A DNA stretch of 64,000 bases from NCBI GenBank assembly GCA_028717685.1, contig JAQUNI010000001.1, positions 335,451 to 399,450 on the forward strand, written 5' to 3'. Position 1 is the first letter of the stretch, and each line of letters begins with the position of its first letter. Source of the DNA: Patescibacteria group bacterium. Lineage in GTDB: Bacteria > Patescibacteriota > JAQUNI01. Below are positions 48,838-58,620 of the stretch, piece by piece. The notes below the pieces were generated by a model. It was not told the origin of the DNA and made no database searches. It saw nothing but the letters and a program-made list of their open reading frames with translations. A program made the translations under genes and the position numbers.

Positions 48838-48968
48838 AAGAGTAAAAATTTTTAATTTTTGATTTTTAATTTTTAACGAATTTTTATTTGCTTAATTCTT
48901 ATTGTCATTACCATAAGACAATAATCCAATAAATAAATAAAAATTAGCTAAAAAATAAGAAATAAAAA

Positions 48969-49607
48969 TTAAAAATTATCTAACAACATCTTGATCGGTC
49001 CGAAACTCTTTCTATGAATCGCGCACGGTCCGAATTGCGCCAACTTTTCTCTATGTTCTATTGTACCATAACCTTTATGGGAATCAAAGCCATATTGGGG
49101 ATATTTTTGGTGGAGGGCAAACATAATCCTGTCCCGCGTCACCTTGGCAATAATGGAAGCGGCGGCGATTAAACGTTCCGAACCATCTCCTTTCACAACT
49201 GTCTTTTGAACATAAGGAAAAGCGGGAATTTCAAGATTGCCGTCCACTAAAACGCAATCAACTTTTTTGCGAAGCCCTAAAGCCAAATTTCGCACTGCTA
49301 TTCTCATTGCCCGAAAAGTGGCGCCCAAGATATTCAGTTCATCAATTAAATATGGGCTCGCCGCCCCTAAACCATATTGGCCTTCAGCTGCGATTAGCCT
49401 AAAAAGTTCCTCCCGCTTTTCCGGGTTGATTTTTTTAGAATCGGCAATCTCTTTCAAAAAAAGATTACCCTGCGCATTATAAGGCAGAAAAACCGCCGCC
49501 GCGATGACCGGCCCGGCCCAAGGGCCTCTGCCCGCTTCATCAACGCCAATGATAATTTTTTGACCGTCATTGATTAATTTTTTTTCAATTTCGGAGAGTA
49601 AGGACAT
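48969..49607 (-). CDS. rnhB: Ribonuclease HII.
   Basis: IIGVDEAGRGPWAGPVIAAAV, with DSKK. Confidence 0.9.
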   Translation of the reverse strand: MSLLSEIEKKLINDGQKIIIGVDEAGRGPWAGPVIAAAVFLPYNAQGNLFLKEIADSKKINPEKREELFRLIAAEGQYGLGAASPYLIDELNILGATFRAMRIAVRNLALGLRKKVDCVLVDGNLEIPAFPYVQKTVVKGDGSERLIAAASIIAKVTRDRIMFALHQKYPQYGFDSHKGYGTIEHREKLAQFGPCAIHRKSFGPIKMLLDNF

Positions 49608-49929
49608 TTTATTACCTTGAATTGCGAAATGCGATTAGATTATATATAGCCTCCATTGTCAGGGGAGAGGAATTCAACTCCCCTCTAATCTCCCCTTATC
49701 CTCCTTCCTGACATTTCTTTAATGAGTCTGTTGTATTCTTATTACAATGAACAAATCCAACTAAATTCTTTCACCTCCTATGATTTAGTTGTGGAATCTA
49801 ATATAGACCTTCAACACGGCAAAAAAAGTATTAATCTATTATAAAGGAAATTCATCTAAAAATCCATATTAAACCAAACAAAATATTTGACAAAAAAACT
49901 CCTTGGCTTTCCGCAAGGAGCAATGGATA

Positions 49930-50547
49930 TTATTCTGCATTCTCTCTAAAGAGCTTCATCTCGCCTACGCCCAGACGGTTCACTTTAAAGATCAAATTTC
50001 TCCCTCCCCTTTTGTCTGCGCAAGTGAGTACCCCTTCATATTTTTCACCTGGCGTATCAGAAGAAGAAACTTTAAGCTCATTGCCTGTCTTGACAATGGC
50101 TAAGATTTTTACGATTTGCCAAGGATTATAAGCGGGCTGATCCGTGTTCCATATTTGCTGGTCTATAATCATCCCATCGCTAGCCGTGATTTCCAGCCCT
50201 CTTCCCTTCGCATACAGCACCACTAATAAATGGACTCTGGAATGCGACTTCAAATTTGGAGCGGCTAAAATTCTTTTTCCGCCTCTCTTTTTCTGGAGAT
50301 TAACATATCTCACCAGATTTTTCACGGATTTTCGAGAAAACCAAGGCACAATCGGCTTACGGACAACTTTTATTTTTAGAAGCTCTTCTATACAAGCTTC
50401 TTGAACGGGAATGAATGTCTCCCCCACCTGAATTCCAGGCGGGTATCGGTCTAAGGGAATTTCAATCCCGCCCATTATACCTACTTCTTGCAGGTTCAGT
50501 TCTTTAAAGGGTGAAAACCAATACACAGTGGCACAACGCAAATTCAT
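49930..50547 (-). CDS. Hypothetical protein (205 aa).
   Basis: ORF with no recognisable motifs; forms a two-gene unit with 50561..50779. Confidence 0.5.
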   Translation of the reverse strand: MNLRCATVYWFSPFKELNLQEVGIMGGIEIPLDRYPPGIQVGETFIPVQEACIEELLKIKVVRKPIVPWFSRKSVKNLVRYVNLQKKRGGKRILAAPNLKSHSRVHLLVVLYAKGRGLEITASDGMIIDQQIWNTDQPAYNPWQIVKILAIVKTGNELKVSSSDTPGEKYEGVLTCADKRGGRNLIFKVNRLGVGEMKLFRENAE

Positions 50548-50560
50548 TATTAATTTCCTC

Positions 50561-50779
50561 CTATACTTCGGTAAAGACCCTATAGAAATGCCTTCTGATT
50601 CTGTTTATTATTCCTTTATTAGGGATCGTTTGCCACTTTGGCTTGAATTCCGCAAGCTTTTTGAAATGATCAAAGTCACCATAATAACCAAAGTTATCTT
50701 CATCTTGTGCTAGCATTACGCGGAATTCATCAGAAACTCTCCGCAACATTTTCTCCCGCTCTTCTTCCGGCTGATTCAT
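50561..50779 (-). CDS. Hypothetical small acidic protein (72 aa).
   Basis: ORF 14 bp upstream of the 205 aa gene. Confidence 0.45.
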   Translation of the reverse strand: MNQPEEEREKMLRRVSDEFRVMLAQDEDNFGYYGDFDHFKKLAEFKPKWQTIPNKGIINRIRRHFYRVFTEV

Positions 50780-50962
50780 AATAACACCTCTTTTTTCAGC
50801 AAAAAGATTGCTGATTTAAGCTTAATAGAACTACTTTTTACATCTTTATAAAAAGAACAAATGTGAAAATTTTATGGGATTTTTCTGTTTTTTAAAAAAT
50901 TACTTAATTCCTGCTTATAAAAATCAATTCTGGATTGATATTCTTCTGTTTGCTTCGCAAAT

Positions 50963-51448
50963 CTAACGGGGCAGGTATTTTTTATGAGGTTCTTCGACAG
51001 TTTTTCTCTTGGCAGCAGATTCTTTTTTAGCTTCTCGGTCTAGACCCTGCCATTTACCTCCGCGTTTAAATGACCAAATCGCATCGTATGCAAAATCCTT
51101 TCGCGTCAACTCTGACTTATCTTTTATTGAGAAGTCAAAAAATATAAAAGCTGGTATTTCGGGAGTCGGCTTTGGCTGATCGAATGGAGGAAGTACGAAT
51201 TCAAATGCAACCGGAATTCCAGAGCGATATCTGGACCGAAACTTGGGAAAATAAGAATCTTTGCCTACTTCGCATCGTTTGCCAAGTACGAGTGTTAAAT
51301 GATGCTCTGTAACTTCGTCTACAAGTGAAGAATTGCGAAGCTTATCTCGAGCGCTTTGAAAGAAATTCTGTGCTATGGGTCTTTTCGGACTCGGGTAGCA
51401 TAAGAAGATATATTCGTTGGGTTTGGTAACCACAACAATAATTTGCAC
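50963..51448 (-). CDS. Hypothetical protein (161 aa).
   Basis: ORF 28 bp downstream of a two-transmembrane-helix protein gene. Confidence 0.5.
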   Translation of the reverse strand: MQIIVVVTKPNEYIFLCYPSPKRPIAQNFFQSARDKLRNSSLVDEVTEHHLTLVLGKRCEVGKDSYFPKFRSRYRSGIPVAFEFVLPPFDQPKPTPEIPAFIFFDFSIKDKSELTRKDFAYDAIWSFKRGGKWQGLDREAKKESAAKRKTVEEPHKKYLPR

Positions 51449-51475
51449 ATTTTTTGAGTCATCCTCATAATTTCC

Positions 51476-51928
51476 TTAAGTCCATTTCAGAAAAAGACCT
51501 TCAAGCTTTTTTGCATATTCCAAATCAGTTATCATCATTGAGACCAATGGGATATTATATTTACCACCCGGTGGCGTGGCGTACCCGAAGCCAACACCGA
51601 CCCATTTATCTGGGTCCAATTCAAAATCGGGTAAGAGATGAATAAATGCATGAGGATGTGCAAACGCCGTCTTTTCCAAGAGCAATGATATCAAATACAC
51701 CACGCAACCAAATGCAAAAGCGACCCACACAGAATCAAAAATAATGAATGCGGATAATAGTGTTATGGCTGTAGAAAAGTATTTGAGAAATTTAATCTTT
51801 CCCCTGTGATGCTCGGGAATAACGATTTTGAAGTGCTTGTTTTTTCTACGCAGCTGATACTCAAATCGAAAACGATTGAAACGCAGTCGCAATCTTCGAA
51901 TGAATTGATAAAGTTTCTCGATAATCAT
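51476..51928 (-). CDS. Hypothetical membrane protein (150 aa, two transmembrane helices, basic N-terminus).
   Basis: Hydrophobic helices AITLLSAFIIFDSVWVAFAFGCVVYLISLLL. Confidence 0.5.
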   Translation of the reverse strand: MIIEKLYQFIRRLRLRFNRFRFEYQLRRKNKHFKIVIPEHHRGKIKFLKYFSTAITLLSAFIIFDSVWVAFAFGCVVYLISLLLEKTAFAHPHAFIHLLPDFELDPDKWVGVGFGYATPPGGKYNIPLVSMMITDLEYAKKLEGLFLKWT

Positions 51929-51946
51929 GTTTTGGACGGCAAATTC

Positions 51947-52681
51947 TTAAGAAACTGGAACTTTACCCTTAAGTAGTTTCTTAATAATTTTGGGAGCGAA
52001 CAATACACCAATTACATAAAAAGCAATTAAAGCAAAAAACAGGTATTTATTTGTAAGCAATGACGCCCCTATGAAAATAGTTACAGAAACTGGCACAATC
52101 ATTCCAAGAAATGACACAAGAATAAAAGTTGGATATTTCATTTTCGCTATCCCCGAAATATATGCTATCAAGTCTGTATCAGTGCTCGGTAGAAAACGGG
52201 AAATAAAAACTGCCTGCCATCCAATTTTTTCTGTATATTTTTTTAACTTTTCTTGCTCTTCTTCATTAATTAGCTTTATATATATTCCTTTTCTTATTTT
52301 TGTTCCTAGCCAGTAATTTATGGTCGAACCAATTATTCTTGCGATAAGGCCAAATACTAATGCTTTCCAGAACCCAAAAACAATACCGCCAGCTATCGGG
52401 ACGACGTCATTTGGTATTGGTGGCGCAATTACCACAACAATACTTAACAAAACGTAGACCAAAATCGCCCATTTTTCATAAGAAAGAACAAAAGTTTTGA
52501 TACTTTCGGGTTCGGTAAATAGTTTAGAAAAAGGTGTCCATATGAGTATCGGTACTAAAAAGATAACAAAAATAATGAGTGCAGATAGTAGTAATAACAT
52601 CCACAGTCGGTGCTTAAAATATATTTCTTTAAGTTTTATATGTGTATGATTAAAAAAATTTTCCCTAAACAAAACCGCCAA
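51947..52681 (-). CDS. TVP38/TMEM64 (DedA-like, SNARE-associated) family membrane protein.
   Basis: VPIAGGIVFGFWKALVFGLIARIIGSTINYWLG and FISRFLP....LIAYISGIAKM. Confidence 0.75.
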   Translation of the reverse strand: MAVLFRENFFNHTHIKLKEIYFKHRLWMLLLLSALIIFVIFLVPILIWTPFSKLFTEPESIKTFVLSYEKWAILVYVLLSIVVVIAPPIPNDVVPIAGGIVFGFWKALVFGLIARIIGSTINYWLGTKIRKGIYIKLINEEEQEKLKKYTEKIGWQAVFISRFLPSTDTDLIAYISGIAKMKYPTFILVSFLGMIVPVSVTIFIGASLLTNKYLFFALIAFYVIGVLFAPKIIKKLLKGKVPVS

Positions 52682-52867
52682 CTGATTTTTCGCCCAACCC
52701 GCCTGCTCACAAGCCTGTGCCCCTCAAGAAGAGTCGCCCCGAGATGAACTCGGGGCGCCACGGGTTCATCCCGTGGCGAACCATAATCTCCGCAGTACTA
52801 AGCATACGTTAAAACATAGATTGAATGCAGGGTAAAAGTCCCTTGTTTCCCGCCCGCCTGGCTCGTC

Positions 52868-52942
52868 TGGTGCCCTCATCTGGAATCGGACCAGAATCTA
52901 GGGCTTAGGAGTCCCTTGTTCTATCCATTGAACTATGAGGGC
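52868..52942 (-). tRNA. tRNA-Arg(CCU), with CCA encoded.
   Basis: GCCCTCA/TGAGGGC acceptor stem, D-arm GTTCAATGGATAGAAC, anticodon loop CTCCTAA, T-arm TCTGGTCCGATTCCAGA, 3' ACCA. Confidence 0.7.
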
Positions 52943-53107
52943 GTCAGGCGAGTCGGGCGGGTATCCGTTGAACTACAGGGGCAAAGGCACTGGCGGGCAA
53001 ATCAAAGTAAAAAGTGAATGATGTTATGTCTACTCAATTATATTCTCAAACTCATTGCTTGTAAATTTTTCTGATGCTAGAATAAGGAGAATAACTAAAA
53101 ATAGAAA

Positions 53108-54571
53108 ATGAAAATTAAGACTAAAAATAGCATCACTTTTTTGAAATATTTTTTCTTTTTTCTTTTTGCCTTATCTATCCCCTTCCAGAAACGGCATATC
53201 TTTTTTTATTACCCTATTGCGGGAGAATTTAATGAATGGACGGCAATCAGTATTTATGTTTCAGATATTCTTTTATTCTTAAGTTTGATTTTTTGGCTTG
53301 GCGAACTTGTTATTTCTAGAAATCATTTAAGATTACGGAATATTATAACCCCTCTTTATCTCCCCTTGTCAGGGGAGAAACATACCCCCCTGATAAGGGG
53401 GGTTAGGGGGGTCTTAAATTATTTCCGTGAGGGCATACTAAATCTTAAAAAGAAAAATAAATTATTGATTATTGGTTACTGGCTGCTGGTTACCCTGCTC
53501 GCCATTGCTTTTTTTTCCTTAATTAATGCCCAAAATTTAAACATTGCCCTCTTCCGCCTATTAAAATTAGGAGAAGTAATTCTCCTATTTATTTTTATTG
53601 TCTCCAACTTTGGCTCCAGAAAATTACGGTTGCTTTTATATTTATTTTTACTGACTAGCGGAATAGCACAGGGAATAATTGCAGTAGGACAGTATTTTCA
53701 CCAACATTCTCTGGGTCTCAAAATTTTAGGCGAGAATGACCTTGCCCCTAACATAATTGGCGTGGCAAAGATAGTCGTCAATGGCGGCAAAATTATCCGG
53801 GCTTACGGCGCCTTCCCCCACCCCAACATTTTAGGCGGCTTTTTAATCGCCACTATTTTATTTTGTTTTTACCTCTGGACCAAAATACCAAGAGTAAAAT
53901 GGGGCAAATTTCTAAAAATCATTCTTCTTTTTATTCTTTCTCTCTTTACCATCACCATCACCCTCACCTTTTCCCGCACGGCTTGGCTAGGGCTCATCAT
54001 TGCTTTATTAGGCTTGCTCATCATTAACCTCCACAAAATCAAAAACTACGCTCCCCCACTAGGTATCATTATTATTACCGCCCTAACCTTATTTTACTTT
54101 CTCCAACCCCAAATTCTAACTCGTCAAACGATTAGTGATTCTTCTGGGGATTTCGCTCTGTCCAATCGCGCGTTTTTAAACCAAATTGCTTTGCTCGCAA
54201 TTGCCAAACACCCATTTTTAGGGGTTGGCATAGGCAATTTCGTGCTAAGCATCTCCGATTTTACGAAGGCGGACCTGCCGGCTTGGCGCTATCAACCAAG
54301 CCACAATCTCTATTTAGCTATGGCTTCAGAGACGGGGCTCCCCAGTTTATTAATCTTTCTAACCTTTTTATACCTAACCATCACTCACGCTCTCGGGCAG
54401 ATTAGAAACGACCCTGAAATCGGAATTATATTTTGGATTTTTATTGCTTACCTCTTTATTAGCTGCTTAGACCACTACTTTTATGATCTCCAACAAGGAA
54501 TGCTCTTATTTTGGCTTATCTTAGGGATTATTTGGGCAATTTCTTTACAAAAACTAAATAATATTGCATAA
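53108..54571 (+). CDS. O-antigen ligase/polymerase-like polytopic membrane protein.
   Basis: At least 10 transmembrane helices with a central loop carrying FSRTAWLGL (Wzy_C-like). An in-frame GC-rich repeat at 53375-53420 encodes LSGEKHTPLIRGVRGV. Confidence 0.6.
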   Translation: MKIKTKNSITFLKYFFFFLFALSIPFQKRHIFFYYPIAGEFNEWTAISIYVSDILLFLSLIFWLGELVISRNHLRLRNIITPLYLPLSGEKHTPLIRGVRGVLNYFREGILNLKKKNKLLIIGYWLLVTLLAIAFFSLINAQNLNIALFRLLKLGEVILLFIFIVSNFGSRKLRLLLYLFLLTSGIAQGIIAVGQYFHQHSLGLKILGENDLAPNIIGVAKIVVNGGKIIRAYGAFPHPNILGGFLIATILFCFYLWTKIPRVKWGKFLKIILLFILSLFTITITLTFSRTAWLGLIIALLGLLIINLHKIKNYAPPLGIIIITALTLFYFLQPQILTRQTISDSSGDFALSNRAFLNQIALLAIAKHPFLGVGIGNFVLSISDFTKADLPAWRYQPSHNLYLAMASETGLPSLLIFLTFLYLTITHALGQIRNDPEIGIIFWIFIAYLFISCLDHYFYDLQQGMLLFWLILGIIWAISLQKLNNIA

Positions 54572-54764
54572 TCAGATTCTTTTCTGCATCTCATTTTTTT
54601 AGTAGTTTAACCTGTGGATAACTCCATCTACTTATCCATATACTACATTTTTCATTTAACACAAGCCAAAATATATATATTGACAAATGCATAGAAGATG
54701 TTACTATCCGATATGTAAAAAAATATTAAAAAATGTTCCACGTGGAACATTTTTGATTTCCTTA

Positions 54765-54897
54765 AATTACGAAATTTCCGTAGAATTATAAAATATTCCT
54801 CCCCTTGGGAAGCGGGAGACCAGGAGGGGTCTCAAATAAATATAACTCCCACCCCCTCCATCTCCCCCTCAGGCAGGGGGGGTGAGTTTCGTAATTC
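54765..54897. mobile_element. MITE-like element with terminal inverted repeats AATTACGAAA / TTTCGTAATT and an internal GC-hairpin cluster.
   Basis: Terminal inverted repeat at 54765-54774 versus 54888-54897. The subterminal ATAAAATATTCCTCCCC and the internal ...CTCCCACCCCCTCCATCTCCCC...GTGAGTTTCG are shared with the copy at 58254-58484. Confidence 0.6.
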
Positions 54898-54922
54898 ACA
54901 GCATATTAAAATGAAACCTTGC

Positions 54923-55657
54923 TTATTGTATACCTAAACTCCACAAAAGCTTAAATTTTTGTTCCTCCATCTTTGCCAAATCAGGACTTTGAACAACCAC
55001 ACCTATCAATTCTTTAATTGAGGATATAAGGGCTATTTTATCCTGAAAAATAAACATAGAACTAGGAAAAAAATAACCATCAGGCAAGAATCTGGTCTCC
55101 CGTAAATTCTCCTTAGCTGTCTTTTTTAAAAGCAATGCGTCTTTATCAAAAAAAACCAGTGCTTTAAATTTAATGTCTTTCTTCAATCGTGAAGGAATAT
55201 AATGCTCATAATCATATTCTCGGCTAATAATCTTATAAATATCTTTCACAGAGCCAATATACATAATTTCGCTATGCGGTTTCTCTAATGTTTGTTCCAA
55301 AATACTAAAGCACCCCTCTCTGCCCTCATAAAAACGCACTTCCGGCCTTCTCTCCTCCAAATTTTTCGCTAATGCTTCCAATTGCGGCATTATCTCCCTT
55401 AAAGCGCTTTGCCTTTCTTTAAGAATAAAATTCAATTTTTGCGGTTCCTCCGCGATAAATTTCTTGGTATTCTTGGACTGATAATAACTCATCAGCCCTT
55501 TTTGGATTAAAGAATCAACCACGACATAAACAGTGGTTCTTTTAATTTTGGACTTACGGGCAATATCGGGAATTTTTGAGGGACCGAGCTCCAAGTTCGC
55601 CAAATATATCCTGGCTTCTTTCTCGGTCAAACCTATTTTCTGAAGATGCTTTAACAT
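54923..55657 (-). CDS. TrmB family transcriptional regulator.
   Basis: N-terminal winged helix-turn-helix: LTEKEARIYLANLELGPSKIPDIARKSKIKRTTVYVVVDSLIQKGL. Confidence 0.75.
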   Translation of the reverse strand: MLKHLQKIGLTEKEARIYLANLELGPSKIPDIARKSKIKRTTVYVVVDSLIQKGLMSYYQSKNTKKFIAEEPQKLNFILKERQSALREIMPQLEALAKNLEERRPEVRFYEGREGCFSILEQTLEKPHSEIMYIGSVKDIYKIISREYDYEHYIPSRLKKDIKFKALVFFDKDALLLKKTAKENLRETRFLPDGYFFPSSMFIFQDKIALISSIKELIGVVVQSPDLAKMEEQKFKLLWSLGIQ

Positions 55658-55830
55658 CCTTATTTGTCAATAATGTTGTCAACTTAATTTTATGTTATCA
55701 TAGGGTAAATATAGTGTCAATATATGAAACTTGACAAAAGTATTGACAAGACTTTTAAGATCATATAAACTAACCGGTTACTAATATAAACCGTTCTTTT
55801 TACACAATTCACCCTAAAGGAGGAAGTTTT

Positions 55831-56328
55831 ATGAAATTCGCTTTACTGATAATGCTTGGGTTGTTGTTTCTGATAGTGGCTGTTATAACTTGGGATCATG
55901 CTATCAGCTCCTCTGAACTCAAAATTCTAGCAATCTATCTAATGCTGGCCGGAGCAGGCGGTTTTATCTATGCTCACTATCCTCACAAGAGCAAGAAAAA
56001 ACCACTGACTGAAAATCCACAGAATTGCACAACATGTCAAAAGCAGGAGAAGGAGAGAAATAAAATTATAGAACAAACAACGAGTGCGACGAGTAAAGAA
56101 GAGATAGATCTAGACAAAATGGCAGAGGAGATTATGAATAGTCCTAACAAAATAGACTCACTCATAACCAAAGCGGAGGAATTGGGCAGACAATATGCCT
56201 TTGATGAAATCTCCGAATTGTATAAGAGGATTAAAATCCACCTAACACAAGAGGAAAAGATTGAATTATTGAAAGAACTACGAGTAAAAAATTTTGTGGA
56301 GCCCTTTCGAAGGAGGATTGGATTATGA
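55831..56328 (+). CDS. Small membrane protein (165 aa), tandem paralog A.
   Basis: Two N-terminal transmembrane helices. The C-terminus EEIMNSPNKIDSLITKAEELG..EEKIELLKELR is shared with the next ORF. Confidence 0.6.
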   Translation: MKFALLIMLGLLFLIVAVITWDHAISSSELKILAIYLMLAGAGGFIYAHYPHKSKKKPLTENPQNCTTCQKQEKERNKIIEQTTSATSKEEIDLDKMAEEIMNSPNKIDSLITKAEELGRQYAFDEISELYKRIKIHLTQEEKIELLKELRVKNFVEPFRRRIGL

Positions 56329-56831
56329 AGAATCTTGTTCTGATATGTATAGCTATGGGGTCTCTTATTTTATTGTTGGTTATTGGAGTTTTAGTGTTGC
56401 CAATTTCGGTAATGCTGTCAGCCACCCCTTTTCAACGGGAAATTCTAAGAATATCTTGTATTATTTGTGCTATCGTAGCGCTCTTTTGCGAAATTTGGGT
56501 CTGGCTAAATATAAGAAAACAAGACAAATTCAAGGAGAAACAGGATCTTGAAAAGGAACAAATAAGACGGGCAAGATTTAGAAAGCAAATGGAAATTATT
56601 GAACAAGCGCAGAATGTCCCATTGTCCAAGACAGTAGAATGTTGCGATTTAGACAAAATGATAAAAGAGATTGTGAATAGTCCTAACAAAATAGATTCAC
56701 TAATAGCTAAAGTGCGAGTATTATGTTCACAATTCAAATTTGATAAAATCCCAGAATTATTTGAGAGGGCTAACTTAACTAAAGAGGAAAAACTTGAGCT
56801 AGATAAAAAATTGCGTGCAATGGGATTCTAA
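56325..56831 (+). CDS. Small membrane protein (168 aa), tandem paralog B.
   Basis: ATGA start/stop overlap with the preceding gene. C-terminus KEIVNSPNKIDSLIAKVRVL..EEKLELDKKLR. Confidence 0.6.
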   Translation: MKNLVLICIAMGSLILLLVIGVLVLPISVMLSATPFQREILRISCIICAIVALFCEIWVWLNIRKQDKFKEKQDLEKEQIRRARFRKQMEIIEQAQNVPLSKTVECCDLDKMIKEIVNSPNKIDSLIAKVRVLCSQFKFDKIPELFERANLTKEEKLELDKKLRAMGF

Positions 56832-57122
56832 AAAAAATATGACCATCATCAAACTAGATGATGGTTTTTTTATTTGTAGTATTGCGAAGCTCATTACTTC
56901 TACCTTCCGCAAAGAAATTTAACAACCCACCCCTAACCCTCCCTTGTCAGGGAGGGAGAAAATCTTTCCCCCTGCCTACCGGCAGGTAGGCAGGGGAGAA
57001 GTTTTATCCTCCCTTGGCGAAGTAATATTCCCAATAATGCTTACAAAAATAATAAAAACAGGTTTCAAACCTGCTTTTTGCTCTAAGAATCACTGAAAAT
57101 GATTTTGAAGATAGGGGTTTTG

Positions 57123-57506
57123 TCAAAAACGCATTGCGCGATACAAATAGTCCACTCCCAATGCAAAAAGATTGGTTTTTAATTTAAAAACATACAAAAC
57201 AATCAAAAAGACGGTAAATCCCAAGGAGAGATACATTGCTTGGCGCAAATCCTGAAGCGAGGAATGCAACAAAACGGGGTTAGCGATTTTCTTCTCCGGC
57301 TTAAAATTCCCCAGCGGCTCTTGGAGAATCCCTGGTTGCCCTTCCTCTTCAGGCTTCAATAATTCGTCTATTCGCGTTTCCTCCTGCACCTTCTCAATTC
57401 CAGGTGCGGGGACTCTTTCATTTTGGATCACTGGCGCGCCAGACAGATGATGCATCTTACGAAACTTGCGGCTTTTGTTTTTGTGAAAACGATTTTTATG
57501 GCTCAT
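57123..57506 (-). CDS. Hypothetical protein with a basic N-terminus and a C-terminal transmembrane helix (127 aa).
   Basis: ORF with a hydrophobic C-terminal helix. Confidence 0.45.
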   Translation of the reverse strand: MSHKNRFHKNKSRKFRKMHHLSGAPVIQNERVPAPGIEKVQEETRIDELLKPEEEGQPGILQEPLGNFKPEKKIANPVLLHSSLQDLRQAMYLSLGFTVFLIVLYVFKLKTNLFALGVDYLYRAMRF

Positions 57507-57717
57507 GGGATTACTACTTTATTTGTTGATGAAATGCATCTTTGTCTATTAGTGATCTCCTAAATCTGTATAAATGCATCTCGATGAGATTGCTTCGTCG
57601 TCCCTCGACAAGCTCGGGACTCCTCGCAATGACGACTCCAAAATAAATATAGCATAATCAAGGAGCGAAGACAATAAAAAAACGTTACCAAAGTTCTGGT
57701 AACGTAAGAGATAAACA

Positions 57718-58107
57718 TTACGACCACCCATAATAATCTGAAAGGGAATATGGGCTCTCCATCTCAAACAAGTAGCCACTGGGGTCAATACAAATCTCTT
57801 CGCAGTAATGGAGATTATAACTGTAATTCCCCTTCTTGGCCTTCGCGAGGTAGGTAACATTGATATAGGTATCAGCCTTTGGCTCCACGGTCACGGTTTC
57901 AGTATAGCCAACCGTGAATTCCGCAGAACTATAATGCTTGCCATTGTAATAAAAGTCCCCCTGAATCCTAATACTGATACTTTCTACCCCATAAGTTTCA
58001 TTTTTAACATTCAACTCATAGCCAGATTCATCCACGGGCGAGAGCCCGACATAACAGCCAGGAAAACACACTACCAACACTAAAACTAACCATATCATCT
58101 TTCGCAT
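57718..58107 (-). CDS. Putative lipoprotein (129 aa).
   Basis: Signal peptide plus lipobox (LVLVVCFPGC). Confidence 0.5.
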   Translation of the reverse strand: MRKMIWLVLVLVVCFPGCYVGLSPVDESGYELNVKNETYGVESISIRIQGDFYYNGKHYSSAEFTVGYTETVTVEPKADTYINVTYLAKAKKGNYSYNLHYCEEICIDPSGYLFEMESPYSLSDYYGWS

Positions 58108-58253
58108 TTCTTCACCTCATTGTAAATCAAGTAACCCAATATAGTAGCATAGCACCACCATTTAAATCCTTTTTATGATGGTTTTATCATATCACAAATA
58201 CTTTAAAATGTCAAATAAATTGTTGCGGTTCAATATCTTGAAAACACTTTGTA

Positions 58254-58484
58254 CCTTGAATTACGCAACTTCCATAAAGTAATAAAATATTCCTCCCTCT
58301 TAGACCTGTGGGAGGTGGGGGTCTGGATCAGAACCTCCCCTAACCCCTCCTTGGAAAGGAGGGGATAATCCTCCCCTTTCTAAGGGGAGGAAGGATGGGG
58401 TTCTGAAGCTCCCACCCCCTCTATCTCCCCCCTGCTTACCGGCAGGCAGGCTCGTGCAGGGGGAGTGAGTCTCGTAATTCAAGG
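58254..58484. mobile_element. Second, longer copy of the MITE-like element (terminal inverted repeat CCTTGAATTACG).
   Basis: Terminal inverted repeat at 58254-58265 versus 58473-58484. The internal GC-hairpin array and the ends are shared with the 54765-54897 copy. Both copies are in the same orientation. Confidence 0.6.
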
Positions 58485-58620
58485 CTTTGTAAATATTTCA
58501 TAAGGAGTTTAAGATTTGCCCTCACTTCTTGACTCTTGATTCTAGCTTCTATATTCTAGCCTCTATTCTTTAAATTGACAAACAAGCCCAAATGAAGATA
58601 TAATAAACTAGAAATTAATC

